Source of the DNA: Isurus oxyrinchus
Lineage: Eukaryota
DNA: 64,000 bases
Assembly (NCBI GenBank): GCA_026770705.1
Contig: JANJGN010000001.1
Location: forward strand, 68,510,001-68,574,000
Direction: 5' to 3'
The number at the start of each line of letters is the position of its first letter. The first letter of the stretch is position 1. Below the pieces are notes generated by a model. The model was not told the DNA's origin and ran no database searches. It saw only the letters and a program-made list of their open reading frames with translations. This document shows, in pieces, positions 51,970 to 64,000 of the stretch. Position numbers and translations under genes: made by a program.

Positions 51970-52678
51970 GGGCGGTATTAATTGGAGGTCTTGCTCACCA
52001 GCTGTAGAGCCCGCAAGAGCCTTGCATCGCATCCTTTGGGGAAGGCCAGTCAAATTAAGTGCCAAATGTGCACTTACCTGAGCAGCGGCGGATCTGCACC
52101 AGGATCGAGGACTCTGGTGGTGGAAGTCCCATCGCGTAAGAGCTTCCGGTCAATCAGAGGCTGGTAACTTTACATTGCTTGACAGGATCGTTGGAGAGGC
52201 AGTGTCTGTTGCCGATACTGCACACACCTGAGGCTTAGGATCGTCATGGACCCAGTCACAGGTGAATGGTGATGGGAGGGTCGGGCAAGGGTTGGGGGGT
52301 TGACAGGATGGGCAGGGTCTGAGAGGGTCCCCCCCTGCACCCTGCCCTTCTTGATATCATATTCCTCGATCAGGCTTTGAGTGCCTTTGAATGAGGCAAC
52401 CCCACCCCACCCCCAGAAACCTGCAAGAAGAATGCCACTGCCTGCTTTTGGACTTTCCACTTGGTGACTGCCCCGCTCGCCACTGGGTGATAACCAGCAG
52501 AAGTAGATCAGTTGTCCACTTAAAGACCTTAGTTGGGTTGGGACGGGAAGGCGTCCACGGTTATTTCCACAATGGACTTAATCGGGTTAGTGACGGGAAG
52601 GTGGCTGGCATCCTCTTGCCTGTTTATATGCTGCTCTGTCACCAAACTCCCCAAAGGGGAGGGCATTAAATTCCACGC
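51970..52678. mobile_element. Harbinger-type MITE, related subfamily
   Basis: Termini gggcggtatt / aattccacgc; GC-rich interior resembles the 4830-5313 element. Confidence 0.55.
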
Positions 52679-53363
52679 ATTGGATTTCTGAAATCAGCCA
52701 TGTCTCCAAGATAGTGCAGAGTGCAGGAAACAGAAGAAGGAAAGATTATCTGAGACAAAATTAACCGGGACTGTTCCTATATTTTCCAGAGGTCTGTTCA
52801 AGGACAAAAAGCAGTACCTCAGGAAGTGGTTGTTTGTCTGCCGTCATTGTGAGGACCTGGTGGATGCACAGAATATTTTAATGATAGGAGAAAATAATAA
52901 TCTTAAAGTTAATGGAAGTTACAGTTAAAGGAAAATAAATATAAAAATGTACTAGTGAAAAACAGTATACTATAGCACTGCCATTGACAACAGTCTTAAG
53001 TTCAGCTTCAGTGCTATCATGTGCTGCTGCCTCCACAGAATCAAAGAACCAGTTCAGTGGGGGCTTTTCCTGGGCTCCATTGAAGGCAACTGAATCATAA
53101 GAAACAAATGTACAGTCAGTACAGAGTACCATTGGACTTCTGAGTTTATTGCTCAACCCAGGCTGCAAAGTCATTTCTGGCTTGAGAACCTGTGAACACC
53201 TTTCCCAACAATTGTGAATGATCCATGCCCAAAAATGAAAGCTAAGATTTATGATTTTTAAGCAAGTGAATATACCCAAGATTAGTGCAGACATAAAGGA
53301 AACATTAGACTTGTTTCTAAAAGCATGATCTAGTGTTTGGATACTTGACTGGTCAACCGTTAT

Positions 53364-53973
53364 TTAACACTGGTGAGGTCAAGTTTTAATTAATTCTTTA
53401 AAACAAATCAGCAACAGTACTTGCTACATGGTGGAGCTGCTATGAGCTATATTGTTTTTGAGGAATATGGCTTCATGCTAACTAAAATAACCCAGCTTTT
53501 TTGAGGCTAAAACTAAGTACATCTTTTTAAGGTAATTATGGTTGGCATTTATTTTGATTTGATTATTAACATTTTTATTAACCACAGCTGCTTCTGAAAA
53601 ATAATGGTTTTGATGATTAATGATTGTATGCATGATGAATATTATCGTAGTTGTAATAATCAAGAAAATAAACTGTGTGCGCTTTTTAGGGTATTTTGTC
53701 TAGATGGAGAACAAATATTAGCCTGTGCAAGTGGGGATGATTAATACAGAGCAGCACTTTGCAAGATGTTTGGGTGCTTATGCAGGCTGGAATACTGCAT
53801 ATATAATGCACCTTTCAAGATTCAGTCAACAAACCTGCCAACTCACAGGTTTACTTCTGGGGTGCACATGCAATGCCAATGAAATATTGCACTGCTGTTT
53901 GTCTGTCATAAATCTACAGTATCCATTAACCACAGGCAGTTTAAGCCTATGATGTCATCTGTTAAGCAGTGAT
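53364..53973 (+). repeat. Copy 1 of a ~620-bp direct duplication
   Basis: Colinear with 55813-56445 from ttaacactggtgagg to ctgttaa.cagtgat. Confidence 0.92.
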
Positions 53974-54459
53974 CCCTTTATTTATGAAGGGGGAATTCTT
54001 TGATGGCGTGTTTGAGATGTTGGGCTAGTTAACAGGATAACACAGCTAATTATGAAATACATTCGCCTTTTTCACCTCATTGCAAGGATTGCTATCACTT
54101 AGATGTTTCCATTTTAGAAATGGTTCTGTAATGTCTGTTTTATGTGAAAGAAAAAAAATCCACCAATCGTATCACCTGTGATCAATCAGAATCTTTCTCA
54201 TTGACAGAGTACAAGGTCATCTCTCTGTTTTCCAGAAACACTGGAGAAAAAAAGATATAAAAAGAAAACCAGTTAGCTGGCAGTATACCTTTGAGGTAAT
54301 CTGAGCCAAGGGCTTTGAAGTAGAATTGAAATGTTGTGGTCTTTGCATTGTCTTGCATAGAGGATTTTAAAGTTTGAAAGCAGCAGGCAGGCTCTTTTTC
54401 TGCAGTTGATTATTTATTTATTGAGAAATATTGAATATGTTTTACTTTTTTTCATGCAG

Positions 54460-54578
54460 GCTTTCTTTATGTCACCTGCCAAATTTCAAACTGCACTGAA
54501 AAAGCACTAAAAGCTCATTTCTCTGGAAATATAGATCAGAACTCGCTGCTTGTCAATGATGACTACATTTTCATTCAG
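54460..54578 (+). CDS. SORCS2: SORCS2-like internal coding exon (119 bp, phase 1-0)
   Basis: tttttcatgcag|GCTTTC...ATTCAG|gtaatt. Translates (G)FLYVTCQISNCTEKALKAHFSGNIDQNSLLVNDDYIFIQ. Confidence 0.92.
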
Positions 54579-55078
54579 GTAATTAATTCACATAAACTTT
54601 ATTACCTGTGCCTTATTAATATATAAAATCATTATAAAGGAGACATAGAAACAGCAGTGCAGCAATTGTAACACATTGGACAGGCGCCCTTGTAGCTGAA
54701 GTAAAATTTAATTGCCAGGGAGTTAAGTGTTCACCTTTAGGTTGGTTCATTGTTGTGCTAAGTAGAGTTTAAAACAATATAAACAGATGTGTATTGTTCT
54801 GGAAACAGCCCAGCTCCTCAGAGATCAGTGCTGTGCAGCAGATGCACTCTGCTGAGGTTACCTTTGCTGAGATCAGCAGTGAGTCAGCTTGATGCTTCCC
54901 TGAGTTCAATGACCAGGCTGAGAGACCCAGGGGAGAGCCTTTCAAATATTTTCAATAAAATCCAGCAAACAAATTAACTGACAATTAACAAATGTTAAGG
55001 AGCATTTCTGTGCTTTCAGTGCATATGTGGCTTTCTATGCTTTTACATAGGCTGCATCGCCCACCTATTTAAGATGGT

Positions 55079-55177
55079 AAACAAAAACAGAATTACCTGG
55101 AAAAACTCAGCACGTCTGGCAGCATTGGCGGAGAAGAAGAGTTGACGTTTCGAGTCCTCATGACCCTTCAGCAGAAC
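55079..55177 (-). mobile_element. Solo Penelope terminal repeat (~100 bp)
   Basis: Nearly identical to 46930-47032 and to the reverse complement of 8507-8608. Confidence 0.85.
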
Positions 55178-55812
55178 GATGCAAATCTAACTCCTATGAC
55201 ATATATAGGAATCTCAATCACAATTTTAAGGTACAGCTAGATGGAGTATGCATTGTCAATGCTCCATCCAGTTGCACCAGTGTTAAGTGGCATAAGCCGC
55301 AGTTATTAAAGGAATTATTGATAGTTGTTCAAAAAAAATGGCTGGGATTTTTTTAACTTTTAATTTTGTGGGACCAGGAGGTTCAGGAAGGTCCACAATA
55401 ACATTCTGTCCCACAGCCATGAGTGGCTCTGCAGAATCACCCCCACCCCCACTCCCAGTTTCCCAGCTACACCCCCCAACCACCGATTAAGCCATTTCAT
55501 AGGTCCGGTTTGCTTCTGCCTGTTGGGTACCTAAAATCAGATGCTCTTCAGAAATTATTTTATATTAAACTGTCTATATATACTATCCCAATGTGTATGC
55601 CAACCCTTGAAGTTAAGCTTGTGGCAGACAGTAGTGGAGAGCCCATTAGCGTAATTCTCAAGTAGCATGTTGAGGAGAATGAGCGCATTGATCTATGAAG
55701 ACAAGTTCAAGAGGGTGGCAACAGCTCCTGTATAGGTAAAGTATTGAGATGTTGGGATATGAATTTGAAGATAGAATTGCATCACTAGTATATAATACTA
55801 ATAAACTGTTAG

Positions 55813-56445
55813 TTAACACTGGTGAGGTAAAGTTTTAATTAATTATTTGCTTTAAAACAAAACAACAGCAGTACTTTCTACATGGGGAGCTCTTATGCGC
55901 TATATTGTTTTTGAGGAATACGGCCTCATGCCAATTAAAATAACTCAACTTACTTTGAGGTTAAAACCAAAAGTACTTCTTTTTAATGCAATTATGGTTG
56001 GCAGTATTTCGATTTGATTATTAGCATTTTTATTAACTGCAGCTACTTCTGAAAAATAATGGTTTTGATGATTAATGATTACATACATGATGAATATTGT
56101 TGTAGTTGTAATTATCAGAAAAAAAACAAGTGTGCTTTTTAGGGTAATTGCTTTAAGCAGATTATTTTGTCTAGATAGAGAACAAATATTAGCCTGCACA
56201 AGTGGGAATGATTAATGCAGAGCAGCACTTTGCAAGATGTTTGGGTGCATATGCAGGCTGGAATTCTGCATATATAATGCACCTTTCAAGATTCAAATGA
56301 ACAAGCCTGCCAATTGACAGATTTGCTTCTAGGGTGCACATGCAGTGCCAATGAAATATTGCACTGCTACTTGTCTGTCATAAACCTACAGTATCCATTA
56401 ACCACAGGTAGTATGAGTCTTTGCTGTCACCTGTTAAACAGTGAT
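55813..56445 (+). repeat. Copy 2 of the ~620-bp direct duplication
   Basis: Colinear with 53364-53973, with scattered substitutions and small indels. Confidence 0.92.
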
Positions 56446-56469
56446 GCACATTAGGATTCATATAACTCC

Positions 56470-57410
56470 ATGTGCTGTGGGATTTATCAGCAATTTTGTA
56501 AATATGGCCCTAGCCATTTGATCCCCTTGGAAGCTTGATGCACAAATAGAGCGCATCAAAGCTATCCTGCAGGACAGTGGCTATTCTGATCAGATCATTG
56601 TTCATTGTGTATCATGTAAACTCACAAATGGGCCAAAGGCCATCATTTTTGGATCTGTAAAGTGCCCAGTCTACCTCAAATTATCCTAGAAAGGCAAAGT
56701 ATCTCAAAAATATGAACAATGGATTGAGCAAGCTGTTTCATGCTGCTACTATGCAGTGGTTATGTGAGTGGTATTTACCACTAACAGGATGCTGCCATCA
56801 GCCCAGAAAGATATTTTGTCTACCACACAATTGAGCAACGTCATGTATGAAGTTTAGTATTGGTGCAATGCCAGGTACATGGGCCTTACATTTCAATGAT
56901 TGGCTGATTGAATCAAACAGCATTTTCCATTGATTGTTCGTAATAAACATAGTACAGACTGTACTTGATTAGTCCGCGCTTGCAAAACCCAAATAAAACA
57001 TCCACTGTTAGATGTGATTGCCCATTTGGGCAGCACTTGGTAAACAATTCTGAATGTGCTAATAGCTCTACTAACAACCAAGTTAAGATAATTAGTCAAG
57101 TACGTAACTCATTTACGCTTCCTAGAAGTGACATGCATTCATAGGCAGGCACCCATTTTCTGCAAACAAAAGGAATATTTTCAAGCCATGCACCTTTTTT
57201 AAATTACCCTGAAGCTTGGGGAGCCTATTGTTCCCCGTTGCTGTCTCCATGGCAATGTCTTGGCCAATCAGAGTTGACTTGCCGACCAATCAGCACCCTT
57301 TTCTCCTGTAATATAAGTTTTTGTGTTCATTTGAAATTTGGCATTCTTGCATTTGTCCTGATGAGTGCAAGACAAAGATCTTTGGCAACATGCCTCTCTT
57401 TTCAGCATTA
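56470..57410 (+). mobile_element. Decayed Penelope-like element, second family (3' part)
   Basis: KLDAQIERIKAILQDSGYSDQII (RT thumb) and SNVMYE...ARYMG...RLAD.IKQH (GIY-YIG) remnants; tail with CTGATGAgtgcaagac at 57358. Confidence 0.75.
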
Positions 57411-58461
57411 TAAAAGTTATATTCCTCTACAAGCCCTTGCAGTTTTTTTTTGGTCATTTGCTTTTATCCCAAGGTCTTTCTTTGATTTTTAAAAATTTAT
57501 TTTTATACATTTGTCTACTATCTTCTCCTCCTTTGTTTTCCTTTATCATACCTTAACCTAAGCCACTGAGTCATTTAAATCCAATTTTAAAATTAACTTT
57601 CCACTTTTTTGGGGCAACCACTTAGTTTTCACACTTCAAAATCTATCTTGAAAAGTGCTACCTTATTTTCATCATTTCAACCCTCTGGGCTTTAAATTCT
57701 GCTTTTTTTAAAGCATGCTGTTGTATATGCATTCATTTGTTTTTCTATCTCTTGCTCCTACTCTTGCCTCACATTCATTACAGTATTTCATATATTTGCA
57801 GCCACTTCTGCTTCAAAATGTTCCCGTTTTCTCAGTTTTCTATCATTTGTGAGTTGCTACATGATATTTGATTAAGAATGACTTTTAGTTACTAATTTAA
57901 TATGCTTTGTGCATAAACATCACATGAGGATTTACCACTCTGAAGAACTTATTCCATAGATGAGTGCATTCCTGTTTGAGAATCAGGTCTGGTCTGGTCA
58001 GATATATTTCATTAGAAATCACCAAAATGTGGTATGATTCTGAGATTCTACTTATTAGTGTATCGCGGCGGTTCAGGAGTTAGGAACCCACAGCAGAGAG
58101 TAGATCATTCTGCACAGAGAGTGGAAGTAAGTTATAAGGGCAGGCTAACTTCAGAGTACTGTCATGACCCAGATTACTGAATGGTTACTGAGTGACACTG
58201 ACCCAGTTAGGTTAAATTATCTGTCCATCCCCATGGTTGGAGAGCCCTAACAAGGAAGGGAAATAATGGGACAAGACTAAAAAAAGAGAGAAATATCTTC
58301 AAATTCTAAACATTACCAATGATCTAGGTTCATGTTAAAGCTCACTTTTTTTTAGTTTGTCAGTGGTTAGCTAAATAATTTGTATATCTTCATGCTTTTA
58401 TTAATTTCTCCATTTAAGTATTGATTACCTGATTACTGACAATCTTGAACACTTTTTTCAG

Positions 58462-58551
58462 GCAACTTCTGAAAATCGGACAAAGTATTATGTCTCTTAT
58501 CGGAGAGGTGCGTTTGTTCAGATGAAATTACCCAAATATGCCCTACCGAAG
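58462..58551 (+). CDS. SORCS2: SORCS2-like internal coding exon (90 bp, phase 0-0)
   Basis: ttttttcag|GCAACT...CCGAAG|gtaact. Translates ATSENRTKYYVSYRRGAFVQMKLPKYALPK; YVSYRR...MKLPKYALPK is characteristic of SORCS proteins. Confidence 0.93.
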
Positions 58552-58905
58552 GTAACTGCTTTAAGCAAATTAAGCTCTTTATGAAAATTGCAATAATATT
58601 TATTGGACATATATATTGAAAGTCTTGCATATAGAGCACATGTTCACCTGTCATATTTTTGTTAATAACACACCTAAAGTTATATAAAAATTCTCTATCT
58701 CTATGAGCAATGCCACAGAAGATTTGTTGGTATATTTTGCTGTTTAATACTCAACCATTTGCAACAGTAAAAAGGATAAGAAGACTGATGTGGATTCACT
58801 GTTGTGCATCCTCCATCAGCAATACTTAGTCAGTGCATATAACTAGAGTTAGTGTTACAGTAATATGAGAATGGGTATTATTTCTTAATGTTTTGGGGAA
58901 TATTG

Positions 58906-59824
58906 TGTTATTCTATAAAGAAGGCTGGATGTGTGTGTGAGTTAATAAAGCAGGGCAGAATTTGATAAGAGTCGGGCTGTCTGGGGGTTTGGAAACATGA
59001 AAAGGATAGAGGTGTTAAGTTTGAGGCACAAGTAAATAGGTTAGATCTAACATTTGCATTTTTAGATAAGTTGAGAATTTGTTTGGATGTCAAAGGGGAG
59101 TCAGAGGTAAAAAGAAAAATGTTTGTATCTTGCAGGCGTTCATAGGTAAACAAGTAGTGGGGATATGATATTTAATTGATCCAAAAGTAAAGACAAGATG
59201 GAAACATTAAACATCTTATATTTGGAAGGGTTTGAGTTTCAAAGAGGTGTGAGAACAATGGAACTGAGATGAAAGGGCAAAGAGCTATATTAGAGCAACT
59301 GTGGATATCTGGCTTTAGCTGTTGAGCTAGGTAGTTGTTGAACTGGAGATAGCTGGAGCTATTTGAACTGTTGAGATAACTGGAGCTTTGAGCTGAGAGA
59401 GGATGCAGTTTGAATCACCCATCCTATCAAGCCAGAAAAGTCTTGGGCTGCAGCAAGCAGTTTAATCTGAAGTGGATTCCACCACAGAGTGCAAGAGGGT
59501 AAAGGTCATGTGGTACACCTTTATTGAAGCTACAGCAGTTTGCCTTGTGTAATATTACTGGATTTCATAGTTAACATCTATAAAGATGTGTTGCCTGGAA
59601 GGTGTTTATTGGTGGGTTTGGCCAAGTAGAGTGTTTTTGGTGGAATGTTTTATAAGGCTAACCACAATTATGTAACTGTAATCTTGTGTGCTTAAGTTTT
59701 CTTTTTTTTTGTCAATAAAATGTCGTTGTCAGTACATAGTCTTCTTGGTTTCAGAATATAAAAAAAAGGTCATGACCCATAAGCCAAGTTTCCCTCAGAT
59801 TTGGTTTGTGCAGCGGTCATAACA
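58906..59824 (+). mobile_element. Possible solo LTR
   Basis: tgtta...taaca termini, internal AATAAA (about 59714) and LTR-like composition; no convincing TSD. Confidence 0.35.
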
Positions 59825-60034
59825 GTGAGCACGTTTTCATTGGTGGCTAGGGAATTTTAGCCTGGTACACTAGAAATTTGAGGAAAAAAGACTTTTATTG
59901 GAAAACAGTATACAAATAGAAGACACATTTCTTTTGGCTGTTCAGTGAGTCAACCAGCAGCAAAAGTATAGCCAAGCTTGGTTTTATTGTCTGATATTTA
60001 CGTTACACACGCTTTGAAGATTCTTTACTGAAAA

Positions 60035-60190
60035 GAGAGACATATTGCTGAGCATTTTATCTTGCACTCATCAGGACAAATACAATAAAGCCAAATTTCA
60101 AACGATCAGAATAATTTATACCATGGGAGAAAAGCGTGCTGATTGGTCGACAAGTCAACTCTGATTGGCTGAGGTGTTGTCGTGTAAATA
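60035..60190 (-). mobile_element. Solo terminal repeat of the second Penelope family
   Basis: Reverse complement of 57245-57405 (ccaatcagagttgacttg.cgaccaatcagcac...tgtcctgatgagtgcaaga). Confidence 0.8.
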
Positions 60191-62689
60191 GTGTGGAGCA
60201 ATGGCTGTTTTGCTCTAAAGAGAAAGCTGCTGTTTAAGTTGTCAGTCGAGCATTGATGCCACTGCCAGTCAACGTGCTACTGGCTTTCATTGACATTTAG
60301 TGTTGCACACCTCAAGTCTGACAGAAGTGAAAACTTTGAATTGCATTTTCATTTGACATCAGAAGAATCTGAACAGATAGGAAATCATGGACGAGGGCTG
60401 CTTGCCTCTGCTGAAGGGAATTAAGGTGCACTTGGTGTTACAAATGCTTAACTCATGAGATTTTAGACATTTCTGTTAGAATTTTAATTGTCCCTATAAT
60501 GGGCTTAATATAAGCGCATCTCAAACTTTTCATCCTTTGAAGGCTTAATTCGTGTTGGTACAACCCTGGGCTAGAAAAATGACGAGATCAAACAGGGCCC
60601 CCATACACAGCTATTCAGAATGATATATTTTCAGAATAATATTTTATCAAGCTAAAACATAGGACTTCCCAAAGTCATGATAGGAGTGTTAGCGTACTTT
60701 GAGAAGCAAAATGACCAGCCCTCCTTCCTGGTTTTACAAAATCTTCTTCTGACCCTACTTGTATGTGTATGTATGGGGATATTGAACAAAGATAAGATTA
60801 AAGTCAGCTATGTTGCTCCCCACAATAAAATAATGAGTTGAAACTCACTGTCAAGACTCCTAAAGAATGGCAGTTCTAGAACAATGCTTTTATCACATGT
60901 GGAATTGAACCCCCAGGATTAGATGCCACCTGCAGACAATACTTTACCATCTATAGAGTAAGAGGGGAGAAAAATTGAGTGGGGAAGTAAAATTAAAATT
61001 CTATCAAATCATTACTGAACTCATAAATACATATGTGGCCTTCTCTGAGTTATTTGGTGCAAAATATCCCGAATACAGATTTTGGTTTGTGTTGTTTTTC
61101 AGGTGCAATTAATCAATGAAGCCTAATCAAAGAAAGTTGATCAAAAAAGCAAGTAAATTATCTTTTAGGAAAGCATTTGCTTTTAAATAATACACATCTA
61201 TCAGTCTGGAAATTGCTTTTTAACTCTCTCACAGGGAATTATTCAAAGCTCTTTAATACATTTATGTTACAAGAAAGAGATTTAAAACCATACTAAGAAA
61301 ACTTCAAGCTGCAATCTTTAAAAGAAGGCCACCTTTGTAGTTCGAACAGAAGTTTTAACCATGGAGCCTCAAAGCATTGAAGGGCAACCTTTGCACAGTA
61401 GTTTACTTAATGTTTTGAATGATTAAACATTTAAAAGGCAGGCACTAAATCACTGTCACAGTGCTGATCAGAATTTCCTTCCCTTTAGATGGACTGAGCT
61501 CTGAGATGGGGGTCACAGGTTAAATCACAAATTAATGGATATATTTGTTTGAAATGTGATAGCTTAGCTTTGATACAGTGACGCTGATTGCCACAGATCT
61601 TGTATGATCATCAATCACTGTATCCCATTGGCCGCTGACAGAGACATGAAAACATTTTATGCTTAAATAACTCTGCTTGCATTAAGGACCAATCAGGCAA
61701 CCACCAATTTCAGAAAATGTAATCTTAATGGCACATTAGCCATGCCTAGCTGGAAGGCCAAATGGCAAATAGCATTGCGTAACTTCTATACTCTAGGGGT
61801 CTGCAAGGTACATACATGAGTCATTCTACACACACTCCATCAACTTTGGACCATTTTAATTTTATATTATTTTGTATCTTTTATTGAAAAGACATCTGCA
61901 TAATTTTGTGTTAAGTTTAACCTGACATTAACCGTATTGTGTAAGAAGAATATTGCTCCTTTTGTTAATGAGTACATTTTAAGGAAGTAGTCCCAACACC
62001 TTAAAGATATAAATACATAATGCCATTCATTTACTGTATCAGTGATTTGTAAATGTTTTTGATTTTGGAAGTTCTGATAGATGACTCTTTTGGACACATT
62101 CAGCATCCTAGGTCTGTTTCAGAATGGGGCTTTTTGTTACGATAGAATGAAGAGCCTTTGTCCTTCCCCCATTTTGAAATGTGCTAGTGAAAGTTTGTTT
62201 TATATTGTAACCTGTGAGAGTTGTGGATTTTATTTTCTCCCTGTTTGGTTCTCTCCACTCCTGACTCTTGCTAGGATGCAATTCCTTGTGCACAAACCAT
62301 CCTTTGGTAGATTTTGCTGTGTGAGCTTGATCACAGGTTATTCAAACTAGCTCTAAGTTGGGCCTCAGGCCTCACCTAAATAATCAGGACCAACTGCAAG
62401 AACTTGTTGCAGCTCCACAGGCAGCTCCCTGATTAGTGTTCCCCATTTTGGGCTGCCTGCCTCTTTATTTTCAGGCGATCTTTGGCGAAAAACAGGCATC
62501 ACATTTATCAATTTCTGTCCATATTTTGTACCATTGGAAACAATATGTAAGGGAACAGCAGCCATGGTGACGCAAAGTCTCCTGTGACTGAACTTCTGCG
62601 GAGTGGCAATCACAGACTACCACTCTGCTCCTACTTTTTTACCTTGAAATCCTTCAATCCTTCCTTGTCTGACCTTCCGACTCAAGGCC

Positions 62690-63600
62690 GGTAGAGAACT
62701 ATGCAGGGCAACTCTGTCCCAGGGCCTTCTGTCGAGGGCTTCAGAGTCGGACGCAAGGAGGCCACATCTTTTTTATGGTACCAGCTTCAGTAAATCAAGG
62801 TTTATAGGTTCAGCCACTTTCAAGCCAGGGAAAAGGTAGGTTTGTAAAGTAACTGGTTAGAATTTGGGGGAATAAGGTTGTGGTCGGGCACTCAGTGGTG
62901 GTTGGGGGGAGGGCAGTCAGCAGAGGGGAAGGTCAGGTCATTCCTGGTAGGGTAGTCCCGTGGGGGGATGGGGGAGTTCCGCGGGAGTGGTGGGGTAGTC
63001 GGTGAGGGGAGTGGGGAAGCTCTGCAGTTTTGGCGGGGGGTGGCGGGGGGGGCGGGGAGTCCTGTGGGTGGGGGAGTTTGTTGGAGGGAGGAGGGATAGG
63101 TAGCAGGGGTGGTTGAGGAGTCCTGTTGGTGTGTTGGGGTGTGTATCGGGGGAGTCCCCTGGGGGTTTGAGAGTGGTGGGGTGTGTATCAGGGTTGTGGG
63201 GGTGTCACCGGGGGGTTCAGGGGTGTGGGAGATGTCCCCTGGGAGTTCGGGAGTGTGGGTCTGTACTTGGTTAACCAGAAATTAGAAAGTGGTTTTAATT
63301 CTTCTAACTTCTTCCGGGTAACTATTGAAGTAAGACAGTTAGAACTATCTGAAGTTTGCGATGTAAATCGCATTGCCAGATGGTTCGCAGTGCAGGGCAA
63401 TCGCCATGCAAACCTTACCTGGGAATGTTCAGGACAGTATGGGGATCCCCAGTGCATCTTTGGGGTGCGCCCCCCCCCCCCCCCCCCCCCCCGTTATGCT
63501 GCCCTGGAGCTCAGAAGTTACTGCCCCTTGTCACCAGAAAACCATCAACTCAGAACTGACGAGTTACCTGGAAAATGACTCCACAAGGGATGAATTTTTC
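62690..63600. repeat. GC-rich repeat-like block with a long G-tract interior and a poly-C run
   Basis: Many GGGG tracts at 62900-63250 and a C run at about 63470-63492; architecture resembles the MITE interior at 33900-34270. Confidence 0.45.
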
Positions 63601-63840
63601 TATGGTGCATACACTGATGGTCTAGGGTGTAAATCGCCTTATTAGTATTTGGCAGGTACATTGGGGTAGATCATGACTTTGTGCAATAGTATAAAATGTC
63701 AACTGTCTATTTTACATTCTCTCGATTCATATTTCCAATTCCCTGAATGGAAATAAAAATTTAGAAAGATGTAAGATAGGTTTGATGATTCACAATCTCT
63801 CATTTTGCCCTATCAAGCAAAGTCAAGATCTATCCCATTG

Positions 63841-63939
63841 CAACACACAAACAAAAATAGCTGGAAAAACCCAGCAGGTCCGACATTTGTGGAGAGGAAT
63901 ACAGTCAATGTTTCGAGTCCATATGACTCTTCATCAGAA
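63841..63939 (-). mobile_element. Solo 99-bp Penelope terminal repeat with canonical hammerhead core
   Basis: Minus strand CTGATGA-agagtc-atatg-gactc-GAAAC; perfect 13-bp TSD atctatcccattg at 63828-63840 and 63940-63952. Confidence 0.85.
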
Positions 63940-64000
63940 ATCTATCCCATTGGATCCTAGACGTTTTTTGCTGTTGTCAGAATTTGCTTGTCCTTCAGTA

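Noticed and set aside
52878-53294. 138-aa minus-strand ORF
   Set aside because: No recognisable domain or splice support; antisense in a SORCS2 intron.
58552-64000. Next SORCS2 exon (for example at ttttcag 61103)
   Set aside because: No reading frame resembling the expected continuation was found; the next exon probably lies beyond the window.

Overview
Vertebrate, repeat-rich genomic DNA, most likely from a shark or other cartilaginous fish (inferred from the repeat families). It contains five internal + strand coding exons of a SORCS2-like VPS10-domain receptor gene: 14425-14589, 23617-23690, 51329-51393, 54460-54578 and 58462-58551. All have AG/GT boundaries and their phases join in frame. 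The introns are packed with decayed transposable elements: CR1 and L2 LINE fragments, a Deu-domain SINE, at least two Penelope-like (RT + GIY-YIG) families whose tails carry minimal hammerhead-ribozyme motifs, a Gypsy remnant, a Harbinger transposase fossil with many 3-bp-TSD MITEs, and hAT-type MITEs. The most striking object is a ~3.2-kb single-ORF (APE+RT) LINE at 17131-20314. It starts with a tRNA-like A-box/B-box head, and by manual scan it has no TTTT run on its sense strand; neither do three other copies. This suggests an RNA polymerase III-transcribed autonomous retrotransposon with a short SINE-like deletion derivative. Other oddities are a ~590-bp fold-back palindrome upstream of one exon and a ~620-bp direct duplication bracketing another. 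Repeat boundaries are read by eye and are approximate unless a TSD or TIR is quoted.
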